Positions 1 to 18,820 of a stretch of DNA of 64,000 bases are shown piece after piece. The notes below the pieces were generated by a model that did no database searches, was not told the DNA's origin, and worked only from the letters and a program-made list of their open reading frames with translations. Position 1 is the first letter of the stretch, and each line of letters begins with the position of its first letter. Origin of the DNA: the human T2T-CHM13v2.0 reference genome, Homo sapiens. The stretch lies in the NCBI RefSeq assembly GCF_009914755.1, contig NC_060925.1; one strand, written 5' to 3'. Made by a program: the position numbers and the translations under genes.

Positions 1-460
<460 letters not shown>

Positions 461-515
461 AGTGTTCTTAATTTATCTGGAGGACTCTTTTTTTGCTCTC
501 CAAAATTTTATTTTA

Positions 516-839
<324 letters not shown>

Positions 840-1227
840 CTATGTTTTTATCATGTACAAATGATGTTTTGAAGTACGTATACATTATGTTATGACTAAA
901 TCTAATTAACAGATACATTACCTCACATAGTTTTCATTTTTTTGGTGATAGTGCAGAACATCTACTCTGCATTTTTCAAGAATACAATATATTGTCATTA
1001 ACCATATCACCTTACTGTATAATAGATCTCTTGAAATTTATTCCTCCTAAGTGTAATTATGCATCCTCTGACTAAGATCTCTCCATCCCCCCAACAACCC
1101 CTGCCTCTGATAAGCAGCATTATACTCTATTTCCATGAAATCAACTTTTTAAGATTGATGTCTGAGTGAGGTCATGTAGTATTTGTCTTTCTGTGCCTGG
1201 CCCTTATTTCACTTAATATAACATACT

Positions 1228-1540
1228 CTGGGGGAGGTGGCTCGTGCCCATAATCCCAGTACTTCAGGAGGCTGAGATGGGCGGATCGCTTGAGCTCAGG
1301 ACTTCGAGGCCAGCCTGGGCAACATGGCAAAACCCGATCTCTACAAAAACCACAAAAATTGCCAGGTGTGGTAGCACGCGCCTCTAGTCCCAGCTAGTTG
1401 GGAGGCTGAGGTGGGAGGATGGCTTGAGCCTGGGAGGTGAAGGTTGCTGTGAGCTGAAGTTATTGCATTTCAGCCTGGGCAACAGAGCCAGACCCTGTCA
1501 CACACAAAAACAAAAACAAAAGAAAACAAAAAAAAAAACT
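1228..1540 (+). mobile_element. AluJ
   Basis: gaggtgggaggatggcttgagcctgggagg J-type right arm. Confidence 0.85.
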
Positions 1541-1619
1541 CCACCATAACATACTCCAGGTTCATCCATGTAGTTGCAAATGGCAGGATTTTATTTTTAT
1601 GGCTGAATAGTATTCCATA

Positions 1620-1640
1620 GTGTGTGTGTGTGTGTGTGTA

Positions 1641-1678
<38 letters not shown>
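1620..1678. repeat. (GT)n(AT)n compound microsatellite at an Alu tail
   Basis: gtgtgt...atatat...tttt. Confidence 0.95.
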
Positions 1679-1693
<15 letters not shown>

Positions 1694-1972
1694 GAGATGG
1701 AGTCCTGCTTTGTCACCCAGGCTGGAATACAGTGGTGCAATTATGGCTTACTGCAGCCTCGAGCTCCTGGGCTCAAGCAAGCCTCCTGCCTCAGCCACCT
1801 GAGTAGCTGGGAATTAGAGGTATGCACCACTGTGCCCAGCTAATTTTTTTTTTTAAGTTTTTGTAGAGATGGGTTCTCTCTATGTTGACCAGGCTGGTCT
1901 TGAACTCCTGGCCTCAAACTATCCTCTCCCCTTGGCTGTTGGGATTGCAGGTTTGAGCCACCACACCCAGCT
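1679..1972 (-). mobile_element. AluJ
   Basis: Alu reverse complement with J-type features. Confidence 0.85.
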
Positions 1973-2167
1973 TTATACCACATTAAAAAAATCCATTCAT
2001 CCACTGGTGGACACTTAGTTGGTTCCATGTCTTGGCTATTGTGAAGAGTGCTGCAATAAACACGGGAGTAGAGGTATCTCTTCAATATACTGATTTCATT
2101 TCCTTTGGCTATATACCCAGTAGTGGGACTGCTGGATCATATGGTAATTCTATTTTTAATTTTTTGA

Positions 2168-2582
<415 letters not shown>

Positions 2583-3046
2583 TCTGGTTTTTTGATAGTA
2601 GCTATTCTGACAGGTATGAGATGCTATTTCATTGTGGTTTTGATTTGCATTTCCATGATGATTAGTGATGTTGAGCATTTTTTTCATATACCTGGTGGAC
2701 ATTTGTATAGCTTCCTTTGAGAAATGCCTATTCAGGTCTTTTGCCCATTTTAATTTTTTTTTCTATTGAGTTGTTTTACTTCTTTGTATATTTTGGATGT
2801 TAACCCCTTGTCAGATATATAGTTTGTAAATATTTTCTCCCATTCTGTAGGTTGTCTCTTAACTCTGTTGATTGGTTCCTTTGCTGTGCAGAAGTGTTTT
2901 GGTATAAAGAAATCACATCTATTTTTGCTTTTGTTGCCTGTGCTTTTGAGACCCTATCCAAAAAATTCTTACCTAGCACAACGTCATGAAGTGTTTCCCT
3001 TATGTTTTCTTCTAGTAATTTTGTAGTTTGGGGGTCGTACATTTAA

Positions 3047-3373
<327 letters not shown>

Positions 3374-3912
3374 GATTTTTTTATACAGTGAGAGATAAGG
3401 GATTGATTTCATTTTTCTACATGTGGGTTTCCAGTTTTCCCAACATCAATTGTTGAATAGACTGTCCCTTCCCCAATGTGTGTTCTGGCACCTTTGTTGA
3501 AAATCAGTTGACTGTAAATGTGTAGATTTATTTTGGAGCTCTCTATTCTGTTCCATTGGTCTATATGTCTGTCTGTTTTTATACCACTACCATACTGTTT
3601 TGGTTAATGTAGCTTTGTAGTATATTTCGAAATCAGGTAGTACAGTATGATGCCTTTGGCTCTGTTCTTTTTGCTCAAGATTGCTTTGGCTATTTGGGGT
3701 CTTTTGTGGTTCCATATGAATTTTAGGCTTGTTTTTTCTGTTTCTGTGAAGAATGTCATTGGCACTTTGATAGGGATTGCATTGAATCTGTAGATCACTT
3801 TGAGTAGTATGGACATTGTCACCATAATTCTTCTGATCCATGAACATGGGATCTTTTCATTTATATCTTCTTCAATTTCTTTCATTAATGATTTATAGTT
3901 TTCATTGTAGAG

Positions 3913-4206
<294 letters not shown>

Positions 4207-4232
4207 CTTCACTGTAGAGATCTTTCATCTCC

Positions 4233-4900
<668 letters not shown>

Positions 4901-7857
4901 GGTTTTTACCTCCTTGGTTAAATTTATTCTCAGGTATTTTATTTTATTTTATTTTTCGTAGCTATTGTCAATGGGATTGTTTTCCAGATTTCTTTTTTAG
5001 ATAGTTTGCTATTAGTATATAGAAAGACTACTGACTTTTGTATGTTGATTTTGTATCCTGCAACTTTACTGAATTTATTATTCCTACCAGTTTTTTAGTG
5101 GAGGCTTTAGGGTTTTCTATATATAGGATTATGACATCTGCAAACAGGGACAATTTAACTTCCTTCTTTCCAATTTGGATGCCTTTTATTTCTCTCTCTT
5201 GCCTAATTGCTCTGGCTAGGACTTCCGGTATTACGTTGGATATAAGTGGTAAAAGTGGGCATCTTTGTTTTATCCCACATTTTAGATGAAAAGCTTTCAA
5301 CTTTTCCCTGTTCAGTGGAGGACTCTTTTTCATCTTTCAAAACCCAGCTGGGCTATCATTTCCCCTTTGAATCCTCATCTTGTCTGTCCCTAGAGTTAAT
5401 GACGTCTCCTCAGGATGTTGTATATACTTCACTCGTTCCCTCCACGGGTACTTACTGTACTGGGGGATTAACAGTTAGCCAGTGCTGGGTATGCTGTGGC
5501 CAATGATATATATAGCCTGTTTCCTGGAGCTGACAGCTAGTGCAGGAGAGATAGGGAGAAGGTATTCAAATAAACAATGATGAAAATCTGCAATAAGTGC
5601 TATGAATAGTAGTAATAACAGTAAATGCCATACAAGTGCTAGCTGTATGCCATGCCTGCAGTAACTCATTATTCCTTATAACAACTCTGTGAAGTAGATA
5701 ATTGTGTCCGTATTAAAGATGAAACTGAGACAGACAGGTTAAGTAAGTTGCCCGAGGTAACACAGCTAGTAAGTAGCATTGCTGGGATTAAATTGAGACT
5801 GTCTGGAGAACAGGGAGCTGTGAGAGAATGATGAGGGGGTCAGGGGAGAGCTCTCTGAGCAGACGACAGCTGAGCAGAAAGCTAGCAGCTGAGAAGGCAG
5901 CCTTGGGAAGATCTGAGGGAAGAGCATTCCAGCCAAGGGGAACAGAATCCATTGGCAGGCTCCAAGGCTGGGGCGAGCTTGGTGCATCTGAGCAGCTGAA
6001 TAGGGGCCCAGCAGCCCCTGCTGCTCACTCCTCACTCCACTTGGAGTGGAGGGAGCAAAGGGAACAGCTGGAAGAGGCTGAGGGCAGGCTTCCAGGACCT
6101 GCAGGCTGGGGGTCCAGGCCTTGTAGGCTGAGTTTGGGCTTTCGAGCGCTGTGGGTCATGTTGTCTTGCCTACCTGCCTGTGAGAGCCATGAGGGCTCCC
6201 TTGTCCCCAGGCTTAGTGCCAAGATATGCAGTTCCCGCACGCTGGGCTCAGCGACCCAGGGAAACACATCATCATGGTTCCCCTTCTTTGTATGGCCAGC
6301 ACCTTGAAGGTCTCAGCTGCCTCCCCATTCACCCCCTGACTCCTCACAACAGGGAGGTGGGTAAAAGGCTCAGCCCCCGTGAGAGACGAGGCACAGAGAA
6401 GTGAGGTGACATGCCTGGGTTTGCACACCTGGCAAGAGACCCAGAGCTCTCATCTGCTAGACTGGGTCCCCGTTTCCAGCCCTTGTCTTGGCTAGCGGGG
6501 CATCTGGAACTTCCGTGCACCTAGAATGTGGCCTCACTGTTACATGTGGACCCACCCCATCCCAGCCTCCTCTGCCCACCCTCACACACTGACAGTGTAG
6601 ATTCAGGGCCCCAGGCTGAGCTGACCCCACCCCACACACCTCAGGGTCGAGGGAGGCTGCCCACTGCCCCTCACCTGTGCCTGGGCTGGAGCAGGGCCAA
6701 GCTGGCATCCCGGGAGCCTTCGGAGAGCTGCTCATCACTCGGCCCGATGACGAAAAGGGTGCTGCCTTAGAGGCACTCACTCACCTCACCTCTGTGGGCA
6801 TCAGTTTCCTAATATGAACCAGTTCTCTTCCTGCAGATCATGCCAAATTGTTGTCAGGAATAGAGATGTTGAAAAAATGGAGAACTCGGCACATAATTGG
6901 CCATGGTGAATAGTTTTCTTTTTTTTTTTTTCCATCTCATGTGAACCTCAGTTTTCTCAGTGGTTCAATGGTAGGGTCAGTTGGTCAGATGAGATGGTGA
7001 AAGCAAACTCTTCTGTTGAGGACCTACTAAGTGTCGGGCATATTTAAACTTCCCAACAGCTTTGCAAGGCTTCTGGTATTTATCTGGCTTTACAAGTTAG
7101 AAAACCAAGGCTCTGGTATGAAGCCACTGTGATCTAATTAGAGAATTCAAAGCCTCATCTGACCCCAAGCTCCAGCTGGGCAGGGGCCCTGGGTGCTGAA
7201 GCTCCTCTCCTTGTCCTGGGCTGACCTGGCTGAGCCAAGGAACTGACACCTCTGCCTTATGCCTGCTCTGTCCTGTGGCTCCAGGGACAGATGGTGCTGC
7301 TGGCTGGGTCCTCTGCCAGCTCCCTGGCTGCAGGCCTGTGTGCTCCTGCCATTCCCAGGGGCAGCCTTGCGGGTTAGAGGTGACATTGGGGCAGTGACGG
7401 ACTGGGGCAGACCAGAGTCTGACACTTTGGGGACACAGGGATGAGCCAGACTAGACGTGTCCTCAGATGCCCTCAGGTTGATGGAGAGACAGAGGGAGGT
7501 ACAAACCTACTATGGCAGCACAGCACAGCACAGCCAGGATGTGACAGAGGGAAGCACCAAGATAGCCCCTCACCAGCCCAGTGGTCAGGGTGGGCTCCCT
7601 GGAGGAGGTGATGGGTTAGGTTGGCCCTAAAAGCTTTTCTGGGTTAGGAAGAATGATCCAGGCAGAGGCACCTGTATGTAAGAGATGTGAAGGAGCCAGG
7701 TCCACAGAGAAATGAGGGAGTTAAGGGCACCCTCCTTGACCCCCTTGTCCATGTAATATGTATATCCTGCCTAGGGCTTCTTCAGTAGTAATAATTTGTC
7801 CTCAGCAAATGATATATTAACTAATTAATATCAGTGGACGTGAATTATTAAGCATCT

Positions 7858-8390
<533 letters not shown>

Positions 8391-8407
8391 TGCTTGGCTG
8401 ATTTTTT

Positions 8408-11005
8408 TTTTTTGTTTGTTTGTTTATTTTTTAAATTTATTTTTTTATTGATAATTCTTGGGTGTTTCTCACAGAGGGGGATTTGGCAGGGTCATGGGAC
8501 AATAGTGGAGGGAAGGTCAGCAGATAAACAAGTGAACAAAGGTCTCTGGTTTTCCTAGGCAGAGGACCCTGCGGCCTTCCGCAGTGTTTGTGTCCCTGAT
8601 TACTTGAGATTAGGGATTGGTGATGACTCTTAACGAGCATGCTGCCTTCAAGCATCTGTTTAACAAAGCACATCTTGCACCGCCCTTAATCCATTTAACC
8701 CTGAGTGGACACAGCACATGTTTCAGAGAGCACAGGGTTGGGGGTAAGGTCACAGATCAACAGGATCCCAAGGCAGAGGAATTTTTCTTAGTGCAGAACG
8801 AAATGAAAAGTCTCCCATGTCTACTTCTTTCTACACAGACACGGCAACCATCCGATTTCTCAATCTTTTCCCCACCTTTCCCGCCTTTCTATTCCACAAA
8901 GCCGCCATTGTCATCCTGGCCCGTTCTCAATGAGCTGTTGGGCACACCTCCCAGACAGGGTGGTGGCCGGGCAGAGGGGCTCCTCACTTCCCAGTAGGGG
9001 CGGCCGGGCAGAGGCGCCCCTCCCCTCCCGGACGGGGCGGCTGGCCGGGCGGGGGGCTGACCCCCCAACCTCCCTCCCGGACGGGGCGGCTGGCCGGGCA
9101 GAGGGGCTCCTCACTTCCCAGTAGGGGCGGCCGGGCAGAGGCGCCCCTCACCTCCCGGACGGGGCGGCTGGCCGGGCAGGGGGGCTGACCCCCCCCACCT
9201 CCCTCCCGGACGGGGCGGCTGGCCGGGCGGGGGGCTGACACCCCCACCTCCCTCCCGGACGGGGCGGCTGGCCGGGCAGAGGGGCTCCTCACTTCCCAGT
9301 AGGGGCGGCCGGGCAGAGGCGCCTCTCACCTCCCGGACGGGGCAGCTGGCTGGGCGGGGGGGCTGACCCCCCCCCCACCTCCCTCCCGGACGGGGCGGCT
9401 GGCCGGGCGGGGGGCTGACACCCCCACCTCCCTCCCGGACGGGGCGGCTGGCCGGGCAGAGGGGCTCCTCACTTCCCAGTAGGGGCGGCCGGGCAGAGGC
9501 GCCTCTCACCTCCCGGACGGGGCAGCTGGCTGGGCGGGGGGGCTGACCCCCCCCCCCACCTCCCTCCCGGATGGGGCGGCTGGCCGGGTGAGGGGCTGAC
9601 CCCCCCACCTCCCTCCCGGACGGGGCGGCTGGCCGGGCAGAGGGGCTCCTCACTTCCCAGTAGGGGCGGCCGGGCAGAGGCGCCCCTCACCTCCCGGACG
9701 GGGCGGCTGGCTGGGCAGGGGGGCTGACCCCCCCCCACCTCCCTCCCGGACGGGGCGGCTGGCCGGGCGGGGGGCCGACCCCCCCACCTCCCTCCCGGAC
9801 GGGGCAGCTGGCCGGGCAGAGGGGCTCCTCACTTCCCAGTAGGGGCGGCCGGGCAGAGGCGCCCCTCACCTCCCAGACGGGGCGGCTGGCCGGGCGGAGG
9901 GCTGACCCCCCCACCTCCCTCCCGGACAGGGCGGCTGGCCGGGCGGGGGGCTGACCCCCCAACCTCCCTCCCGGACGGGGCGGCTGGCCGGGCAGAGGGG
10001 CTCCTCACTTCCCAGTAGGGGCGGCCGGGCAGAGGCGCCCCTCACCTCCCAGACGGGGCGGCTGGCCGGGCGGAGGGCTGACCACCCCACCTCCCTCCCG
10101 GACGGGGCGGCTGGCCAGGCGGGGGGCTGACCCCCCACCTCCCTCCCGGACGGGGCGGCTGGCCGGGTGGGGGGGCTGACCCCCCCATCTCCCTCCCGGA
10201 CGGGGTGGCTGGCCGGGCTGAGGGGCTCCTCACTTCCCAGTAGGGGCGGCCGGGCAGAGGCGCCCCTCACCTCCCGGACGGGGCGGCTGGCCGGGCGGGG
10301 GGCTGACCCCCCCACCTCCCTCCCGGACGGCACGGCTGGCCAGGCGGGGGGCTGACCCCCCCCACCTCCCTCCCGGATGGGGCGGCTGGCCGGGCGGGGG
10401 GCTGACCCCCCCCCACCTCCCTCCCGGACGGGGTGGCTGCCGGGCGGAGAGGCTCCTCACTTCTCAGATGGGGCAGCTGCCGGGCGGAGGGGCTCCTCAC
10501 TTCTCAGACGGGGTGGTTGCCAGGCAGAGGGTCTCCTCACTTCTCAGACGGGGCGGCCAGGCAGAGACGCTCCTCACCTCCCAGACGGGGTCTCAGCCGG
10601 GCAGAGGCGCTCCTCACATCCCAGATGGGGCGGCGGGGCAGAGGCGCTCCCCACATCTCAGACGATGGGCGGCCGGGCAGAGACGCTCCTCACTTCCTAG
10701 ATGTGATGGCGGCTGGGAAGAGGCGCTCCTCACTTCCTAGATGGGATGGCGGCCGGGCGGAGACGCTCCTCACTTTCCAGAGTGGGCAGCCAGGCAGAGG
10801 GGCTCCTCACATCCCAGACGATGGGCGGCCAGGCAGAGACACTCCTCACTTCCCAGACGGGGTGGCGGCCGGGCAGAGGCTGCAATCTCGGCACTTTGGG
10901 AGGCCAAGACAGGCGGCTGCTCCTTGCCCTCCGGCCCCGCGGGGCCCGTCCGCTCCTCCAGCCGCTGCCTCCCGGGCGGCGCTCGCTGGCGCGGCGGCAA
11001 AGACT
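8408..11005 (-). mobile_element. SVA retrotransposon, SVA_F1 type (MAST2-derived 5' leader), 5'-truncated, antisense in ACOT11 intron 1
   Basis: Poly(A) tail ~8408-8445, SINE-R ~8446-8945, GC-rich VNTR ~8946-10880, Alu-like remnant ~10880-10916, then CpG-rich non-SVA leader 10917-11005 in place of the (CCCTCT)n hexamer. TSD ctgatttttt at 8398-8407 and 11006-11015, followed by aa (L1 endonuclease TTTT/AA site). Confidence 0.93.
8946..10880. repeat. SVA VNTR, ~35-50 bp GC/CpG-rich tandem units
   Basis: Repeated cacctccctcccggacggggcggctggccgggc and gcagaggggctcctcacttcccag units. Confidence 0.95.
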
Positions 11006-11015
11006 CTGATTTTTT

Positions 11016-11144
11016 AAAAATGTATTCTAGAGATGGGGTTTCGCCATGTTGCCAAGGCTGGTCTTGAACTCCTGGCCTCAAGTGATCCTTCTGCCTTGGC
11101 CTCTGAAAGTGCTGGGATTATAGGTGTCAGCCACTGCACCCAGC
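11016..11144 (-). mobile_element. AluJ left arm (continuation of 7858-8050)
   Basis: Alu left monomer reverse complement directly after the SVA TSD. Confidence 0.8.
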
Positions 11145-11498
11145 TTAAGCAACTTGGAGAGGCAGCCCAGTGAGTAGAAATGGCTTTGGTATTGAGAAAA
11201 GCGAAATCTCAGCTCCATCGCTCACCGGCAGAGTGCCATTAGACAAGGCTTTTATAACCCAAGCCTCAGTTCCCTTTTCTGTGCAGGAGGAATAATTGTC
11301 CCTCACAGGGTTTTGGTGAGGATGAATGGTGTTATGGATATAAAGCAATTTTATATAATGTATAGAAAAGCCTGAAACTTAGTAGGTGCTTAGTAAGGAT
11401 GCACCAGGATTCCAGAGACACATGAGATGTGGCCCCTGTCTTCAAGGAGTTTCTTATTACCACATGTGTGTATTCTTTTACAGCCTAGAAAGCTCTAT

Positions 11499-12190
<692 letters not shown>

Positions 12191-13963
12191 TCAGTGCTTG
12201 GCTAACAGCACCCGGGCTGTGGCCCAGAGAGGACCAGGTTCAGGTTGCCTGCGGGGGGTGGGGAATCTCAGGTCTCTCCACTCCTTGGCATTGTCTTATT
12301 TACGACCTCTAGAATAGGCTGTGATCTGCCCTGGGGCGTGGCCCTGCCCAGGTGTGGCCCTGTGCCAGACGTGGACTCGGTGAGAGGTCGGAAGGGGAGT
12401 GGCCTTGGGACTTCCTTTCAGCAGCCTCTGGTTTCCAGCACCACACCTGGGCCGAGCTGAAGCAGGTAGGTCTGACTTTTCTTTTGATCCCTTAGGGAGG
12501 GTGTGGAGAGACCCAATTCCTCTTTTTCTTCTCCAGGGATACAGCCCCGTGAGTGGTGGGAGGGACAAGTGGGAGGTCCGAAGTCGGAAGACTCTGGCTG
12601 GTTCTTGACCGGCTCTCTTCCCCAGCCTCAGCTTCCTCATTCATAACATAGGGATGTCGGGGTTGGGGCGGTGGGGGGTGATAATGGTCCCTGCAACTGG
12701 AGCCTGCTTCGTGCCGGGTAGCTTAATGCCATGGCAGGTATTTACAGAGAAGGGGTGTTAAGAGATCAGATGTACATGTGCCTATAGGCTTTGAGAGCAG
12801 GGCGAACATGGGAGAGGAAGGGGCCCAAGCATAAAGTGACTTTGGGGCCAAGGGAGGGGCCCTCTCTGAAGAGAGTCCAAGGGGAAAAGCATAGCCTTGC
12901 ATCTCAGCACCGTCTTCCCCCACACCACCCCAGGCCCTCCTTGGCCTTTGAGTTTACTTGGTCCCCACCCTCCCCTTGCTTTTGAAGACTGAACTGGAGC
13001 TTCCAGGCAGCAAGGCAAGGAGAAGGTGTGTCTGTGCAGACTGGTTCTCAGCTGGGAAAACAGGAAGGCAGGCCTTCTGGATGGGGAGTCGAGGCAGTGA
13101 TACTCTTTACCCGGCAGATCCCACTGCCTGGGTGGGATCCACAGGTCGGAAACCACTTCTGCAGTGAGCTCTTTTCCTATAGGCTCATATCATGCAGAAG
13201 GTAGGAGTGCTGGGAGGCAACTGATAACAAGGTGTCCAAAGTCCCAGGCTGTGTATCAGAAGTTCCAGTTGTTGGGTGACCTGATCGCCCTCCAGCTGAT
13301 GTCCCCTCTGCTGCACTCCTGCCAGGCTCTGGAGTCAGAAGGACCCAGGTCCAGTCTCCCCTTTGCCTTTTACTGGCCAGGAGTGCATGGGTGGCCCTTT
13401 CCTTGTTCCCTGTCCATTTCCTTTCTCTTATCTGTAAAATAAGGAATGAGGAGGATTCCTGCTTCAGAGTGAGAATTAAAGGGCCCCCAAGAACGAGAAC
13501 TGGCATACAGTAGGTACATGGTAAGTAGCAGTCATAGATTTCTGAAAAGGGATCTTTGAGCTTCTGCAAAGGCAATTCTTAGCCCCCGTCCTGTAGAAAG
13601 CTCTCTTGTCTCAGTAGGATCCCTCCTACTGGATCTGTCCCAGGACCAGATGAACCAACCAGCTTTAGTATCTCCCAGACTCTAGGCAAACAAAGCCCCT
13701 TCCAACTGCTACCTTGTTTCTTTGCTGCCTTTTCCCACACACATTTTGGAAAGAGTTTTCTCTGTTCCCATGGTATTACCTCTCATTCTTTCCCTAATTC
13801 ACTCTAACTGGACTCCTCTCTTCCCCCTCCCTCCCTCCTTCCTACCTTCCTGTCAAAAATCAGTGATAGCTTGTTTCCCCATCTGCCTTGACTCAGAGCT
13901 CACGCACCAGCAGGGCCCCCTTCCCTCTGGAGAGCCAGACTCTCCTGGGGTCCTCCCACCTCA

Positions 13964-14348
<385 letters not shown>

Positions 14349-14368
14349 TCAACCCATCTTCTTGGATG

Positions 14369-14885
14369 ATGTCTGTTCTAGTTACAGTGGCTGTGTAACA
14401 AACTACCCCGAACCTTAGTAGCTTAAAGCAACAACTGGTTTCTTTCATCTTGTGATTCTATGGGTCAGGAATTCTGGCAGGGCTGGGCTGGGTGGTTTGT
14501 CTGCTCTATGTGGCATTGATGGAGGCTGCTTAGTGGAACTTAGTGGTGGATGGGCTGAACTGGGGGCTCCATGATGCCTTCACTGGCACCTCGGTGGGGA
14601 GGGCTGGAAGGTTGGGTTTAGCTGGGACTGTCATTTGGAGCACCCACGTGTGGCCTCTTCAATATGACAGTCTTGGGATAGTTAGATTTTCTACCTGGCA
14701 GCTGGCTCCACTAGAGCAAGAGTTCTAAGAGGCCTGGGGGGAAGCTGCAAGGTGTGTCATGATCTAGTCTCAGAGTCACTGTTGAAATGTCACTAAAAAT
14801 GACTCAGATTCAAGAGGAGGAGGTTAGACTCTACCTTTGAATGGGAGGAGTAGCAAAAATTGGTGGCCTTCTTTCATTTACCACA
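14369..14885. mobile_element. MaLR (MLT1-type) solo LTR
   Basis: gctgtgtaacaaactacccc...cttagt...cttaaagcaacaac start and tagactctacctttgaatgggaggagtagcaaa...ttaccaca end, typical of MLT1. Confidence 0.75.
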
Positions 14886-15126
14886 ACGTCTCAAAATCCT
14901 GTGGATCTTAAATACCCACATATGTTAGTGTCTCCAGGTGTAGCCTCTTCTCCAGTGAGCTCCAGGCCTGAGTTCCTTGATTCCTCTCTTTAAATGTTTA
15001 ATAGGATCTCACAAATTCTTGTCCCCTACTTATTTCTACACTGATCTCCCCAACTCAGTAATCAGTACCACCATCTGCCAGTCACTCATTCTAAGCTTGG
15101 ATCCTCCTTTCTTATTTATTTATTTT

Positions 15127-15433
<307 letters not shown>

Positions 15434-16199
15434 CTTTTTTCCCTAATTTTTATCCTGCCTACCACCTCCCATCATCTCCACGACCAAGTCCCCTAGCCGC
15501 TCGCAAACCCTCCCTCTACACTGCCCGCAGGTGTAGCTGCCGCTTCCCTCGACCACCCTCTCCAACTGGCACCACCCTGTCCCTTCTCACACACGTGGAG
15601 TCCTTCAGCAAGACCTGTTGCTTCTACCTCCCAAATACATCCTGGCTCCACCTCTCTGCCCAGCCAGCCCTCTCCCCTGACTGCAGTGGCCCGCTGAGCA
15701 GTCTGCCTGCTGCTTCTCTCCATCCTAAAGTTCACCTCCACACAGCAGCAGAGTGATCTTACAATGCAGGCCAGACCACCACCCTACCCTACAGCCTCCA
15801 GTTCTTCCCCTCACACTTGGAGTAAAATCCAAGCTCCACTGGGACATACAAGACCTTAGGGGATGGGGCAGAGTCTGCTCTCTGCATTTCTTAGGTCCTT
15901 CTGTCCCAACACGTCCCTGTTCTTCCTCTGACAGCCGGTCCCTGCGCTTCCTTGGGGTTTTTGCACTCTCTGTTCTCTTGCCCGCAACCCTGCACAGTCT
16001 TGTGCAATTGCTCCTTCTCATCATTCCTTCAGATCCTAGCCAGGAAGCCTCCTTGATTACACAGCCTAAAGAAGCTCCTCCCTGTCCACCACCTTCTTTC
16101 TGTTACATCCCGTTTTTTCTTTCTCATAGCACTTTTCCCTCTTCTTGTTCCTCTTTTGTTTATTGTCTGTTCATGTGAGAAGACACTATGTCTGTTTAA

Positions 16200-16568
<369 letters not shown>

Positions 16569-16592
16569 TGAACTTCATGGGAGTTTTTAGAT

Positions 16593-17116
<524 letters not shown>

Positions 17117-18341
17117 AGTGGGAGTTTTTAAAAAGATTTATGTTGATTCCCAGCTAGAATCGGCCCCTTCCTAACCTTGTCCACCCCTTTGGGGTCTTGG
17201 TTTTACACTTTACTAGGCCTCTTTCTGTCCTCTAATCCAGCCAGCCTTTGGATTTGCAGCCAGAGGCCTGACACCCAGGCCACACGCAGCCTGGCCCCCT
17301 CACTGTCCCTCCGACGGCCTGGTTGTCATCCTGAGCCACTCCTTGTTCCCTCTGTTTTCCCCTTCACAGGACTGGGCCTCATGCTGCCTGCCAAATGCCA
17401 GTCTTGGGCTGTCTCCTCCCTGCCACTGAGTCATTCCTTCCCGAAATGCACTCCCTTCACCCCCCAACCCCTCACCACAGGGTGAAGCCTTCAACAGCCA
17501 CAGGGTGCCCATTTGGTTACAGCAGGAATTGTTATTGTTGAGTGTGTGGACAGATGAAATAATAAGGCTGTTTTCCCATAAACAACTATTAAGCTGGAGC
17601 CACCCCAGCATGCATACAACTTAAAAAAGTGATAGCAACAGAAAAGCTTAAATGCAGGTTGATAGAATGAGTCTTTTTCATTTTCATCTGCTTGGTTTTA
17701 AGTTTATGTGTTACAACCTTTCAAGTGGTCATCTAGGACCAGGTGTCTCTTCAGGTAAGCCATTTGATCACATGTTGAATGGAGCAGGTACATGTGGTAC
17801 TTAATTGGAGACAGCTCCCAGGTTCCATTGAACACATATTTACTGAGCACTTACAATGTTCTGGGTCTATGCAAATGCAAATTTTGTCCATTCCTAACCC
17901 AGTGGTCTGCTCCTGTGTGCCCAGCATGCCTTGTTCTCAGTGAACCCGAGCTGCTTTCTAGTGACTGTTGCCTTCTATTCCAATAATCCATTTCCCTCAT
18001 GAGGTGTCTTGAGCCTCTCGAGGGCCTACAAAATGCAAAGGCTTCCCAGCAGTTGTGGAGTCTGGTTAGACCATATGTGGGCGTCTGCGGGAGGCTTCGT
18101 AGAGTGCCACAGACTCTGTCCTATTCCACATCTTGATTCTTGGTTGAAATGAACCACAAACCAATGAATTCTGTCTTGGTAGAGAGAGGATGTGTTCAAC
18201 TGGCAGTGCCAGGAGGGAAAGCAGATGCCATTGTCATAGCCCAGGGCTGAAAGGCTCCATCTGACCCCCACTGCTCTGCAAAGGCCATCTGGCCAGTCAC
18301 AGCACTTACCCTTGGGACCTGTTTAGGCCCTTCCTCACTAG

Positions 18342-18820
<479 letters not shown>

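Noticed and set aside
8946-10880. CRISPR-like repeat array
   Set aside because: Tandem VNTR units without unique spacers, inside an SVA; eukaryotic DNA with no cas genes.
8617-11081. Many overlapping Pro/Gly/Arg-rich ORFs
   Set aside because: Translations of the GC-rich SVA VNTR and SINE-R, not genes.
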